Source: an uncultured Alphaproteobacteria bacterium (lineage in GTDB: Bacteria > Pseudomonadota > Alphaproteobacteria > Rs-D84). From it: 64,000 nt of DNA. The position numbers and the translations under genes are program-made. Numbering within the stretch: position 1 is the stretch's first letter; each line of letters begins with the position of its first letter. Shown here one piece after another: positions 53,420-62,963 of the stretch. The notes under the pieces were generated by a model that was not told the DNA's origin, made no database searches, and saw only the letters and a list, made by a program, of their open reading frames with translations. The DNA lies in NCBI GenBank assembly GCA_947054455.1, contig CAMRWN010000004.1, positions 11,867 through 75,866 on the forward strand. Direction: 5' to 3'.

Positions 53420-54730
53420 ATGAAAAAAGCGACGAGTATTTTTGTAATTTCTATGATTGCCGCGGTTGTTTCTGGGCCGGCGCGGGCCGATGTGGCCAGT
53501 GCGGGTTTCGTGCGTGAAATGCTGGACGGGGCCGAGGTTTCCGCCAACAAGGAAACCAGCATCAGCGATTATGATGTTCAGGATGCGAACAAGTATCCTA
53601 ACATGCCGGTCGCCCAGCAGATGATTTTGGATTCCCAGTCGTCCATCCAGGGCCAGCTGAAGACGGAATCAAACGCACGCAAGGCAGAAGACGAAAAATT
53701 ACAGACGGCGTTGAACGCGGTTAAATCGACGGCCGACACTGCGGTTCAGCCCGGCGATTTGGCGGCGGTTGCGACAAGCGGGTCTTATAATGATTTGACG
53801 AACAAGCCGGCAATTCCCGCCGCCCAGGTTCAGTCGGATTGGAATGCGACAACCGGTGTTGCGGCGATAAAGAACAAGCCGACCATTCCGACCAAGGTCA
53901 GCCAGCTGACCAATGACAGCGGATTTGCAACAACAACTGCGGTTAACGCAAAGGTTTCCACCGCACAGGGCGACACTAACAAGAACAAGGCCGTCATCAC
54001 CGATGCGTCGGGAAACATCACGACCGGCACCGTTTCGTCCGCCATGATTACCGATGGCACGATTGTAAACGCCGATATTGCGTCAAATGCGGCAATCGCT
54101 GCGTCCAAGATTGCGGGCCTGGCGGCGGTTGCGACAACTGGGTCTTATAATGATTTGGCGAACAAGCCGACGATTCCCCCCGCAATAACCGTTGATTCCG
54201 CATTAAGTGCGACCAGCACAAATCCGGTTCAAAACAAGGTTGTAAACACCGCGCTGTCGGGCAAGCAGGCTACATTGTCGGCCGCGCAGTTAAATGCCGC
54301 GAATTCGGGTATCACCAGTGCAAAGGTCGCCACATACGACGGATATGCGCAGCAGATTGCAGGCAAACAGGCGGCCCTGGGGTATACAGCGGAAAATTCG
54401 GCAAACAAAACCACGACTATCGCCGCCGCGGCCAGTGCCAGCGATACAAAATATCCGTCCGAGAAAGCCGTTGCAACCGCATTGTCGGGCAAACTGGCGA
54501 CAACAGGCACGGCGGCGCGTGCGACCGCAGACGCGTCGGGCAACAATATCGCCAGCACCTATGCCACCAAGGCACAGTTGAACAATCTGGACGCCACGGC
54601 GACGGGTACGGGGGCTGTTATCGTAAATGTCTCGCAGACAGACGGGAAAATTACCGCAACCAAGGGAAATGTTCAAATCCCAGTCGGCAGTGCAACCGGC
54701 ACGACATATGCAACCATATGGGTTCAATAA
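53420..54730 (+). CDS. Secreted fibre protein 4 (phage tail-fibre repeat protein)
   Basis: Signal ...GPARA|DVASAGFV. There are two copies of LAAVAT(S/T)GSYNDL(T/A)NKP(A/T)IP, a motif I associate with phage tail fibres, and the protein is Thr/Ala/Asn-rich. Confidence 0.7.
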   Translation: MKKATSIFVISMIAAVVSGPARADVASAGFVREMLDGAEVSANKETSISDYDVQDANKYPNMPVAQQMILDSQSSIQGQLKTESNARKAEDEKLQTALNAVKSTADTAVQPGDLAAVATSGSYNDLTNKPAIPAAQVQSDWNATTGVAAIKNKPTIPTKVSQLTNDSGFATTTAVNAKVSTAQGDTNKNKAVITDASGNITTGTVSSAMITDGTIVNADIASNAAIAASKIAGLAAVATTGSYNDLANKPTIPPAITVDSALSATSTNPVQNKVVNTALSGKQATLSAAQLNAANSGITSAKVATYDGYAQQIAGKQAALGYTAENSANKTTTIAAAASASDTKYPSEKAVATALSGKLATTGTAARATADASGNNIASTYATKAQLNNLDATATGTGAVIVNVSQTDGKITATKGNVQIPVGSATGTTYATIWVQ

Positions 54731-54732
54731 GA

Positions 54733-54766
54733 AATCCCGCCGCAGGGCGGGAATCTTTTTTATTTT
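54733..54766. terminator. Terminator after the fibre array
   Basis: TCCCGCC-GCAG-GGCGGGA plus a T-run. Confidence 0.65.
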
Positions 54767-54794
54767 CGTCCAAGAATTTTATCGGATGTCGTTT

Positions 54795-55367
54795 TTACAG
54801 CGCCAGCATTAATATAATGCCCAGTCCCGCCGCGATAATTGCGGCCAGTGTCAACGGCCAGAAATATTTTTTTACAATCGTGTTTGCAGCATCCTGGAAC
54901 CGCCACAGCAAAAATCCGACAACTGCAAACCGGCCCGTGCGGAATATCGCCGACACGCCCAGAAACAGCAGCGCCGGAAATCCCAGGAATCCCGCGCACA
55001 TCGCCATCAGCTTGTACGGAATGGGGGTTATCGCGGTCAGTACGATTATAAACACACCATGGCGCAGGAACATTGCCTGGGCCATTTCAAATTTTTCCAT
55101 CGTGGCAAAATTCTGGACCAGCCATATGCCGACCGAATCGAACAGCCACAATCCGATTATGTATGCAATCGCACCCCCCACCAGCGATCCCAATGCCGCC
55201 GCCGCCGTGATTGGAACCGCGCGTCGGCGGTTGGCGACAATGGGCGGGGTCATGAATACTTCGGGTGGGATGAACAGGAATATCGATTCGCATACCGTCA
55301 GCAGGAATACAATCCACGTATATGCCGGATGTTCGGCTTTCTTTAAGATACTATCAACCAGTTTCAT
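54795..55367 (-). CDS. DedA/YqaA family membrane protein
   Basis: 190 aa with ESIFLFIPPEVFMTPP and multiple TM segments. Confidence 0.7.
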   Translation of the reverse strand: MKLVDSILKKAEHPAYTWIVFLLTVCESIFLFIPPEVFMTPPIVANRRRAVPITAAAALGSLVGGAIAYIIGLWLFDSVGIWLVQNFATMEKFEMAQAMFLRHGVFIIVLTAITPIPYKLMAMCAGFLGFPALLFLGVSAIFRTGRFAVVGFLLWRFQDAANTIVKKYFWPLTLAAIIAAGLGIILMLAL

Positions 55368-55449
55368 TTTTCCCCCGAATTAAAATTTTTCTTGATTGTA
55401 ATTGAATTTCTAATAATTTACAATTGAATATATATTTTCGGGGATAAAA

Positions 55450-55806
55450 ATGGCAAGAAAACAGATTAATTCAAATCGCGGCGACCGCATTGCGGCCAAG
55501 GTTCAGACACTGGTTGCGGAAATATTGCGCGACAATTACGGCGAAGATGAAATTGTATCCGGCGTATCGCTGGTAGGGGCGGTGGCGCATGGCGGACTGC
55601 AGTTTGTACGTTTGTTCTATTATTCGCGCAACACCGATACGGCGGCCGTTCAAAAGCGGCTGGATGCGATAACAAAATCAGTGCGTTTTGAACTGGCCGC
55701 GCACATGAATCAGAAATATGTTCCCGACATTCGTTTCGAATACGACGACACGCTGGAACGGGCGCAGCGCATCGACCAGATTTTGGACGGGCTGGGCGAC
55801 CGGTAA
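55450..55806 (+). CDS. rbfA: Ribosome-binding factor A
   Basis: [16 protein letters not shown]...[23 protein letters not shown]. Confidence 0.85.
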   Translation: MARKQINSNRGDRIAAKVQTLVAEILRDNYGEDEIVSGVSLVGAVAHGGLQFVRLFYYSRNTDTAAVQKRLDAITKSVRFELAAHMNQKYVPDIRFEYDDTLERAQRIDQILDGLGDR

Positions 55807-55907
55807 AATTCGCCGCCACGGGCAGAATTTGTCAGTTTTTTGAAAAGAAATACCTTGCGGATAAACTAATACTGGTTTATCATTGCCGCATGGCACAAGG
55901 TATTTTT

Positions 55908-57698
55908 ATGAAACAGGACCACATCAGAAATTTTTCAATTGTTGCGCATATTGATCACGGCAAGTCGACGTTGTCTGACCGGCTGATTGAATTTACAGGC
56001 GGTTTGGAATCGCGCGAAATGAAGTCGCAGGTTCTGGATTCAATGGATATTGAGCGCGAACGCGGAATCACAATCAAGGCCCAGACAGTGCGTCTGAACT
56101 ATACCGCCAAAAACGGCGAGGTTTATCAGCTCAATCTCATGGATACGCCGGGGCATGTTGATTTTTCATACGAGGTGTCGCGCAGTCTGGCCGCATGCGA
56201 AGGGGCGTTGGTTCTGGTTGATGCGACCCAGGGCGTCCAGGCGCAGACGCTGGCGAATGCGTATTTGGCGCTGGATAATGATTTGGAAATGCTGCCCGTG
56301 CTGAACAAGATTGATTTGCCGTCCAGCGACGTTGACGGCGCGCGTGCGCAGATTGCGGATGTAATCGGTCTGGATGCGGCCGATGCGCTGGCCGTGTCGG
56401 GCAAGACCGGGGCGGGGGTTCCCGAATTGTTGGAGGAGATTGTTCACAAACTGCCGGCGCCGCGTGGGGATGAAAATGGGGCGACGCGCGCGCTGCTGGT
56501 TGATTCATGGTATGATTCCTATCTGGGGGTGGTCATATTGGTGCGTGTGGTAGACGGCGTTCTGTCGCGCGGCCAGAAAATCAAATTCCTGGCGACGGGG
56601 GCGGAATACACGGTTGATAAAATCGGATATTTCACGCCCAAAATGGTAAATACCGATTCGTTGGGGACTGGGGAAATAGGGTTTATTATAACCGGGATGA
56701 AGACAATTCACGATTGCAAGGTTGGTGATACAATCACCGACGCGCGCGCTGGCGGCGTTGCATTGCCCGGTTTCAAACCGTCTATTCCGGTGGTGTTTTC
56801 ATCTTTCTTTCCGGTAGAGGCGGACGATTATCCGGCATTTCGTGAAAGTGCGGAAAAACTGGCCCTGAACGATGCGTCGTTTATGTTTACCACGGAAAAG
56901 TCGTCTGCGCTGGGCTTTGGATTGCGGTGCGGATTCCTGGGGCTGCTGCATATGGAAATCATCAGTGAAAGACTGACCCGGGAATTCAACCTGAATCTGA
57001 TAAATACAGTGCCCAGCGTGCTGTACAAGCTGCACCTGCGCGGCGGGGAAACAATTGATTTGGAAAATCCGGCCGACATGCCCGACCCGACTAAAATCGA
57101 ATCCATAGAAGAACCGTGGGTGCGCGCCACAATCATGATGCCCGACAAATACATGGGCGGAATCATGGCGCTGTGTTCGGAACGGCGCGGCATTCAGGAA
57201 AACATTTCATACATCGGCAACAGGGCGGTGTTGGTTTACCAGCTGCCGCTGGCGGAAATCGTGTTTGATTTCTATGACCGGGTGAAATCCATATCGTCGG
57301 GATATGCATCATTCGACTATGTAGTTCAGGGATACCAGCCGTCTGATTTGGTAAAGGTTTCCATATTGGTTAACGAAGAAAATGTAGAACCGCTGTCATT
57401 CATATGCCACCGCAGTTTCGCGGAAAAGCGCGGCCGTCAGATTGTTGAAAAGCTGAAGGATTTGATTCCGCGTCATCAGTTCAAGATTCCGTTGCAGGCG
57501 GCCATAGGCGGAAAAATAATAGCCAGAGAGACGATTGCGGCGTATCGCAAGGACGTTACCGCAAAATGTTATGGCGGGGATATAACGCGCAAGCGCAAGC
57601 TGCTGGAAAAACAAAAGGAAGGCAAAAAGCGCATGCGTACATTCGGCAGTGTAGAGATACCGCAAAGCGCGTTTATCAATGCACTAAAGGTTTCATGA
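55908..57698 (+). CDS. lepA: Translation elongation factor 4 (LepA)
   Basis: [25 protein letters not shown] and NKID motifs plus the LepA C-terminal domain. An alternative ATG lies at 55890. Confidence 0.95.
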   Translation: MKQDHIRNFSIVAHIDHGKSTLSDRLIEFTGGLESREMKSQVLDSMDIERERGITIKAQTVRLNYTAKNGEVYQLNLMDTPGHVDFSYEVSRSLAACEGALVLVDATQGVQAQTLANAYLALDNDLEMLPVLNKIDLPSSDVDGARAQIADVIGLDAADALAVSGKTGAGVPELLEEIVHKLPAPRGDENGATRALLVDSWYDSYLGVVILVRVVDGVLSRGQKIKFLATGAEYTVDKIGYFTPKMVNTDSLGTGEIGFIITGMKTIHDCKVGDTITDARAGGVALPGFKPSIPVVFSSFFPVEADDYPAFRESAEKLALNDASFMFTTEKSSALGFGLRCGFLGLLHMEIISERLTREFNLNLINTVPSVLYKLHLRGGETIDLENPADMPDPTKIESIEEPWVRATIMMPDKYMGGIMALCSERRGIQENISYIGNRAVLVYQLPLAEIVFDFYDRVKSISSGYASFDYVVQGYQPSDLVKVSILVNEENVEPLSFICHRSFAEKRGRQIVEKLKDLIPRHQFKIPLQAAIGGKIIARETIAAYRKDVTAKCYGGDITRKRKLLEKQKEGKKRMRTFGSVEIPQSAFINALKVS

Positions 57699-57719
57699 TA
57701 AGTTAAGGATAAAATTAAA

Positions 57720-58130
57720 ATGTCTGTATTTAAATATTTTCTGCGAACAAAATTCAGGGATATACACGCCGATTGGTCGGAATATAAAAAACTGTGTGCG
57801 GCATATGGCAAGCTTAAGAAAGAAAGCAATGCGAAAGCGCTGGAAATACGCACTTTGTATATGAACAAGGCAATGATGGATAGTCTGCCGGTATCGTGCG
57901 TCAGGGATGTGCGTATGGACATCAGTGATTTCGATTTGCCAAATTTTCAATCAATTTATTTCGAGCCTTTGTGTTGTGAAAATTTTAGCCTGTCAAACCC
58001 GTGTACTGATGCGCGGTGCAAATACAGACGGCGCAATAATGATTTCTGCGATACGTACCAAAAGTTAGTAGAGGTTGAGAAGGCAAAAAAAGCATTCTGG
58101 GCCGGCAGAATCTCCGAAAGGACAAAATAA
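57720..58130 (+). CDS. Hypothetical Cys-containing protein
   Basis: 136-aa ORF that looks AT-rich by eye. It has a C-terminal Cys cluster (CCENFSLSNPCTDARCKYRRRNNDFC). It lies directly upstream of the integrase-like gene. Confidence 0.5.
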   Translation: MSVFKYFLRTKFRDIHADWSEYKKLCAAYGKLKKESNAKALEIRTLYMNKAMMDSLPVSCVRDVRMDISDFDLPNFQSIYFEPLCCENFSLSNPCTDARCKYRRRNNDFCDTYQKLVEVEKAKKAFWAGRISERTK

Positions 58131-58157
58131 AAAAATAAAGAACAATCGGGGCAGGTC

Positions 58158-59177
58158 GTGGCGCATCAATTTTATTTTAACCCGTATATCTTGGACAATC
58201 TGCCCGCGCCGGCATCTGGTTTTGATGTGGTCCAGGACCTGTCGGATCCGCGTCTGCGCATGTATATAACCAGTCGGGGGGTCAAAACGTTCTTTGTCCG
58301 CAAACGTGTAGGCGGACGCGACCGGCGCATAATAATAGGAAATTATCCCGACATGGATATAGAGGACGCGCGCAGCGCGGTTCCCGTCATTTTGGAAAGT
58401 GCGTCGCAGAAAAAGCCCGCGCGCCGCAACAAGATAACATTTAAAAAATTTCTGGACTTGTATCTTGACAGGCGCGTGCGCCGGGGCGAGGATTCACGCA
58501 CAAAGCTGGTGCGTGCCATAGATCGTCATTTGTCGGCGCTGTTTGAAAAGAATATTTCCGAAATAACCGCTCAAGATATTGCGGCGGTTATCGCCACGAT
58601 ACGCGGCGCGGCAATCGCAGGCCGCATGCAGGAATTGGTGCAGAGCATTTTCAACTATGCCGTCGATGCCGGATATGTAAAAGAAAATCCGGCAGCGTCC
58701 CTGGCCAAGGTTCCCCAGAACAGGCGTGTTCGCCCGCTGACCCGGGGCGGGTTGGTGCGACTGGTGGATGCGATACGTGCGGAACCAGACACGGTTGTGC
58801 GCGCGGCGTTTCTGATGCTGATATATGGGTTTGCGCCAAAGTCCAAAATTTTTTCAATGCAGTGGGAACAGCTGGACTTTAATCATTATATGTGGGGCGA
58901 TATGCCGTTGTCGGATGCGGCGGTGGTGTTGCTGCGTGATTTGCCCCAGGACAGTTTCTGGGTTTTTCCCGGTCGCGGCGGCAGTCATTTGACCGACCCG
59001 CGTTGCGCATGGCGGCGCGTTGCAACCGCGGCGGGGATTCCTGATTTGACAATGGATGACGTGAATAAATTCCTGATGCGCAGGCTGGTTTGGACGTCAG
59101 ACAAAGAAGAATTTCGCATGAATATGAATTCTTTACTGGAAGAAATTTCGGACACGGAAATCGACAGTAATTTTTAG
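58158..59177 (+). CDS. Tyrosine-recombinase (P4-type integrase) homologue with apparently degenerate catalytic residues
   Basis: GTG start. The DUF4102-like N-terminus (LRMYITSRGVKTFFVRKRVGGRDRRIIIGNYPDMDIEDAR) and the SAM-like core are recognisable. The box I Arg, the box II His and the C-terminal Tyr cannot be found. Confidence 0.6.
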   Translation: MAHQFYFNPYILDNLPAPASGFDVVQDLSDPRLRMYITSRGVKTFFVRKRVGGRDRRIIIGNYPDMDIEDARSAVPVILESASQKKPARRNKITFKKFLDLYLDRRVRRGEDSRTKLVRAIDRHLSALFEKNISEITAQDIAAVIATIRGAAIAGRMQELVQSIFNYAVDAGYVKENPAASLAKVPQNRRVRPLTRGGLVRLVDAIRAEPDTVVRAAFLMLIYGFAPKSKIFSMQWEQLDFNHYMWGDMPLSDAAVVLLRDLPQDSFWVFPGRGGSHLTDPRCAWRRVATAAGIPDLTMDDVNKFLMRRLVWTSDKEEFRMNMNSLLEEISDTEIDSNF

Positions 59178-59288
59178 TTTTTGTTATGGTTTGTTATAAT
59201 TTCTTGACACCATGTGCAGAAAATGATAGTTTTAGATATGACGTTCCCCAACGGGGACCACAAATTTAACTGAAACAAAGGATAAAAA

Positions 59289-59525
59289 ATGACAACTTTT
59301 GAAAGAGTAAAAAAAATCGTAGCGGAAAAGCTGGGTGTTCCGGAAGCGAAGGTTACGGAATCAGCGACATTCGTCAATGATTTGGGTGCCGATTCTTTGG
59401 ACGTCGTTGAATTCGTTATGGAAGTTGAAAAAGAATTCGATATCACGATTCCGGACGAAGAAGCTGCTAAATTGACAAAAGTTGGTGATGCGGTCAGCTA
59501 CATCGACGCTCACAAGAAAGCCTAA
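59289..59525 (+). CDS. acpP: Acyl carrier protein
   Basis: 78 aa with [16 protein letters not shown] (phosphopantetheine Ser). Confidence 0.95.
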   Translation: MTTFERVKKIVAEKLGVPEAKVTESATFVNDLGADSLDVVEFVMEVEKEFDITIPDEEAAKLTKVGDAVSYIDAHKKA

Positions 59526-59570
59526 GTGTAAAACGTTTTCAGGCAGAGTGTCTCTGTAATGAACTGTTAA

Positions 59571-59611
59571 ATCCGTCGCAATAAACATATTGTTCGCGAC
59601 GGATTTTTTTC
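59571..59611 (+). terminator. Hairpin/attenuator between acpP and fabF
   Basis: ATCCGTCGC-N16-GCGACGGAT plus a T7 run. Confidence 0.55.
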
Positions 59612-59670
59612 TGTACCTGGGGCGTGAAACAGGTTATTATATGCTCGTACTACTCAAAAGGAATATAGGT

Positions 59671-60921
59671 ATGAAAAGAGTTGTTATCACAGGCATGGGA
59701 ATTGTTTCCCCGGTCGGCACTGGAATTGACCACGCCTGGAAGAATATTGTCGCGGGCACATCCGGTGTGCGCAAGATTGACAGATTTGACGTATCTGATT
59801 TGGCGTCCCAGATTGCGGGACTGCCGGTGGTCGGAACCGAACCGGGCCAGTTTAATCCGGATTCCGTTCTGGATGCGCGCGAACAGCGCAAGTTGGATAT
59901 TTCCATGGTTTACGGAATGGTCGCCGCGGACGAGGCGATAAAGGACGCAGGCCTGGACGCATTCGAAGGGGACCGCGAACGCATGGGCGTATCCATCGGA
60001 TGCGGCATTGGCGGATTGAACACGATTTATGATAATTGTGTTGAACTGTATACCGGCGGCCCGCGTCGTATCAGCCCGTTTTTTATCCCGAAATCCATCA
60101 TTAACATGACGGCGGGACATGTTTCCATTAAATATGGACTGAAGGGACCGAACCTGTCGGTGGTGACCGCATGTGCATCGGCCGCCCATTCAATAGGCGA
60201 GGCCGCACGTCTGATTCAGCACGGCGATGCGGACGTCATGATTGCGGGCGGCGCCGAAGGCGCGGTCGGTAAAATCGGTGTTGCCGGGTTTACAGCGATG
60301 AAGGCGTTGTCCACGCGCAATGACGACCCTGCGGCGGCATCCCGTCCGTGGGACAAAAACCGCGATGGTTTTGTCATGGCCGAAGGCGCGGGCATACTTG
60401 TTCTGGAAGAATATGAACACGCCGTGGCGCGCGGCGCAAAAATTTACGCCGAGGTTGCCGGATACGGATTGTCGGGCGACGCATATCATATAACCGCACC
60501 GGCCCCCGGGGGCGAGGGCGGACTGCGCGCGATGAAGGCCGCGCTGAAGGATGCCGGACTGACACCGGCGGATGTCGACTATATCAATGCGCACGGCACG
60601 TCCACGGGACTGGGCGATTTGGGCGAATTGGCGGCGGTCCGTGAACTGTTCGGTGATTTGCCGGTGTCGATGTCGTCCACAAAATCCATGACGGGCCACC
60701 TGTTGGGTGCGGCGGGCGCAGTGGAATCGATATTCTGCGTGCTGGCGATACGCGACGGCATTGTTCCGCCGACAATCAATCTGGACGACCCTGTGGACGA
60801 AGCGGCCGGTTTCGACCTGGTTCCGCACAAGGCAAAGCAGCGCAAGGTTGATGTCGCGGTCAGCAATTCTTTTGGATTTGGTGGCACAAACGCCAGCCTG
60901 GTTCTGAAAAAGGTTGCATAA
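59671..60921 (+). CDS. fabF: 3-oxoacyl-ACP synthase II
   Basis: MKRVVITGMGIVSPVG, active-site TACAS, HGTST and SNSFGFGGTNASL. Confidence 0.95.
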   Translation: MKRVVITGMGIVSPVGTGIDHAWKNIVAGTSGVRKIDRFDVSDLASQIAGLPVVGTEPGQFNPDSVLDAREQRKLDISMVYGMVAADEAIKDAGLDAFEGDRERMGVSIGCGIGGLNTIYDNCVELYTGGPRRISPFFIPKSIINMTAGHVSIKYGLKGPNLSVVTACASAAHSIGEAARLIQHGDADVMIAGGAEGAVGKIGVAGFTAMKALSTRNDDPAAASRPWDKNRDGFVMAEGAGILVLEEYEHAVARGAKIYAEVAGYGLSGDAYHITAPAPGGEGGLRAMKAALKDAGLTPADVDYINAHGTSTGLGDLGELAAVRELFGDLPVSMSSTKSMTGHLLGAAGAVESIFCVLAIRDGIVPPTINLDDPVDEAAGFDLVPHKAKQRKVDVAVSNSFGFGGTNASLVLKKVA

Positions 60922-60950
60922 ATCAAATCCCGCATAGGGATGAACCAAAT

Positions 60951-60979
60951 AAAAAAACGGGGCAAGGCCCCGTTTTTTA
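60951..60979. terminator. Bidirectional terminator
   Basis: ACGGGG-CAAGG-CCCCGT, flanked by A-runs and T-runs. Confidence 0.65.
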
Positions 60980-62656
60980 TTTTTCTTCCTTTAGTCCCAG
61001 CGTATCCTTGACAGGTTCAATGATTGATGTTTTTGCGCTGTCGAGTGTGCGTATCAGTGCGCGGCGAATTTTGCCGCTGATTGTCATTGGCAGGCTGTCG
61101 ACAAATTCGATAATACGCGGGCATTTGTACGGCGCGGTGCGCGATTTTACGTGGTCCTGCAGCTGGCGGGAAAGAACGTCGGTCGGCTGAAAGTATTTGT
61201 TAAGTACAATCGTTGCCTTTACCGCCATGCCGCGCGCAGTGTCGGGTACGCCTGTTACTGCGACTTCACGCACGGCCGGATGTTCGGTCAGGACGCTTTC
61301 GACCTCGAACGGGCTGACGCGGTATCCGGATGTTTTTATCAGGTCGTCGTTTCGGCCGACAAACCAGAAATATCCGTCGTTGTCGCGGTATGCGACGTCG
61401 CCCGTGTGATACAGGCCGTCGCGGTATGCCGCGGCCGTCTGTTTTTCGTTTTTATGGTATCCTTGGAACAGGCCGACGGGTCTGCGGCGTTTCAGTGAAA
61501 TGCATATTTCGCCGACGGTTCCGTCCGGCACCGGGCGGCCGCGTTCGTCCAACAGTTGCACATCCCATCCAGCCGCCGGCATGCCCATGCTGCCGGGTTT
61601 GGGTTCAATCCATTCGTTGTTAAACAGCATCACGCATGTTTCGGTCTGGCCGAAACCTTCGCGCAGTTTGATGCCGGTTGCCTGCAGAAAGCGTTCATAT
61701 ACCTCGGGGTTTAATGCCTCGCCGGCGATTTCGGCCTTTTTCAATGCGGACAGGTCGTATTTGGACATGTCGGCGTGAATCAGCATCTTGTAGGCCGTGG
61801 GCGGCGCGCAAAATGACGTGATGTGATTTTCTGAAATGGCGGTCAGCAGGTCGTGCGCGGTAAAGCGGTCGCTGAAATCAAACACGAACACCGTTGCCCC
61901 GGCCAGCCATTGTCCGTACATTTTTCCCCAGCTGCATTTCGCCCAACCGGATTCCGACAGGGTGAAATGAATGTCGCCGTCGCGCAGCTGCTGCCAGAAT
62001 ATGGCGGTGTTTATATGCCCCAGCGGGTATGTATAATTATGTGCCACCATTTTCGGCAGGTCGGTCGTGCCGCTGGTGAAATATACGACCATTGTGTCGG
62101 TATTTTCATTCGGCACGCGCGCAAATTCGTCAGGATATGATTCCAGCGCCGCGTCGATTTCGTCCGTGTCTATCAGCTGAATTTTGTCGTCCGTTCCGAT
62201 TGCATTTCGGATTTCATTTATTATATGTCCATCGTCAAATGCGATTATTGTGCGCGCGTCGGCCGCATCGATGCGGTATTTGATATCTTCGGCGCGCAGC
62301 TGGTTTGTAGACGGAATCGGAATCGCCCCCAGTTTGTGTATCGCCATCATCAGAACCCAGTATTCCCAGCGCCGCCGCATGAACAGCAGCACGGTGTCGC
62401 CGCGACGAATGCCGCGTGCCGCCAAAAAATTTGCCGCCGCGTTTGACATTTTTGACAGTGCGCGGAACGAGATTGATTTTTTCTCGCCCTTGTCGTTTGT
62501 CCACAACAGTGCCGTTTTTTCAGGCGTTTCATCGGCGATAACGTCAATTACATCATATGCAAAGTTAAAATTTTCCGGAATATCCGGGGCGGCGTTTTCT
62601 ATATAATCATTATAATTGTCGAATTTATTTTTTCTTAAAAATCGCAGTGCAAACAT
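60977..62656 (-). CDS. AMP-forming acyl-CoA synthetase (medium-chain/ACSM-like)
   Basis: AMP-binding motifs YFTSGTTDLPKMV, GYHKNEKQT, YHTGDVA and GRNDDLIKTSGYRVSPFEVE, plus the C-terminal SGKIRR. Confidence 0.85.
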   Translation of the reverse strand: MFALRFLRKNKFDNYNDYIENAAPDIPENFNFAYDVIDVIADETPEKTALLWTNDKGEKKSISFRALSKMSNAAANFLAARGIRRGDTVLLFMRRRWEYWVLMMAIHKLGAIPIPSTNQLRAEDIKYRIDAADARTIIAFDDGHIINEIRNAIGTDDKIQLIDTDEIDAALESYPDEFARVPNENTDTMVVYFTSGTTDLPKMVAHNYTYPLGHINTAIFWQQLRDGDIHFTLSESGWAKCSWGKMYGQWLAGATVFVFDFSDRFTAHDLLTAISENHITSFCAPPTAYKMLIHADMSKYDLSALKKAEIAGEALNPEVYERFLQATGIKLREGFGQTETCVMLFNNEWIEPKPGSMGMPAAGWDVQLLDERGRPVPDGTVGEICISLKRRRPVGLFQGYHKNEKQTAAAYRDGLYHTGDVAYRDNDGYFWFVGRNDDLIKTSGYRVSPFEVESVLTEHPAVREVAVTGVPDTARGMAVKATIVLNKYFQPTDVLSRQLQDHVKSRTAPYKCPRIIEFVDSLPMTISGKIRRALIRTLDSAKTSIIEPVKDTLGLKEEK

Positions 62657-62787
62657 CTTTTTTCCTTTCTTTTGCCCACTTTCATAGAATATGGCAAATA
62701 AAATTTCATTTACAAGTGCAAATAGATAATAAAAATTGTTGCATTTTTCCTAAAAAGGGTTCATAATCGCCCCGTTGGTTGAGTTTT

Positions 62788-62864
62788 CGGAGTGTAGCTC
62801 AGTCTGGTAGAGCGCTGCGTTCGGGTCGCAGAGGTCGTAGGTTCGAATCCTGTCACTCCGACCA
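62788..62864 (+). tRNA. tRNA-Pro (anticodon CGG), CCA encoded
   Basis: CGGAGTG acceptor, CTGCG-TTCGGGT-CGCAG anticodon arm, TTCGAAT T loop, then CCA. Confidence 0.9.
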
Positions 62865-62871
62865 GAAATGT

Positions 62872-62902
62872 AAAGCTGTGTGCAAACACAGCTTTTGTTT
62901 TT
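62872..62902 (+). terminator. Terminator after tRNA-Pro
   Basis: AAAGCTGTGT-GCAA-ACACAGCTTT plus a T-rich tract. Confidence 0.7.
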
Positions 62903-62963
62903 GACGGCCGGGTTTTGATAATTGGATTTGCAATTGTCTTTTTATCTGCAATAATCTTTGGTT

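Noticed and set aside
49773-54730. Interpreting the fibre-gene array as part of a prophage or tailocin.
   Set aside because: There are no capsid, terminase, portal, tube, sheath, baseplate, lysis or integrase genes in the ~5 kb on either side. All four proteins carry Sec signal peptides, which virion fibres normally lack.
58158-59177. Taking the integrase-like gene as the marker of an active genomic island.
   Set aside because: There is no flanking tRNA, no att-like direct repeats that I could find and no cargo beyond one small ORF. The catalytic residues also appear lost.
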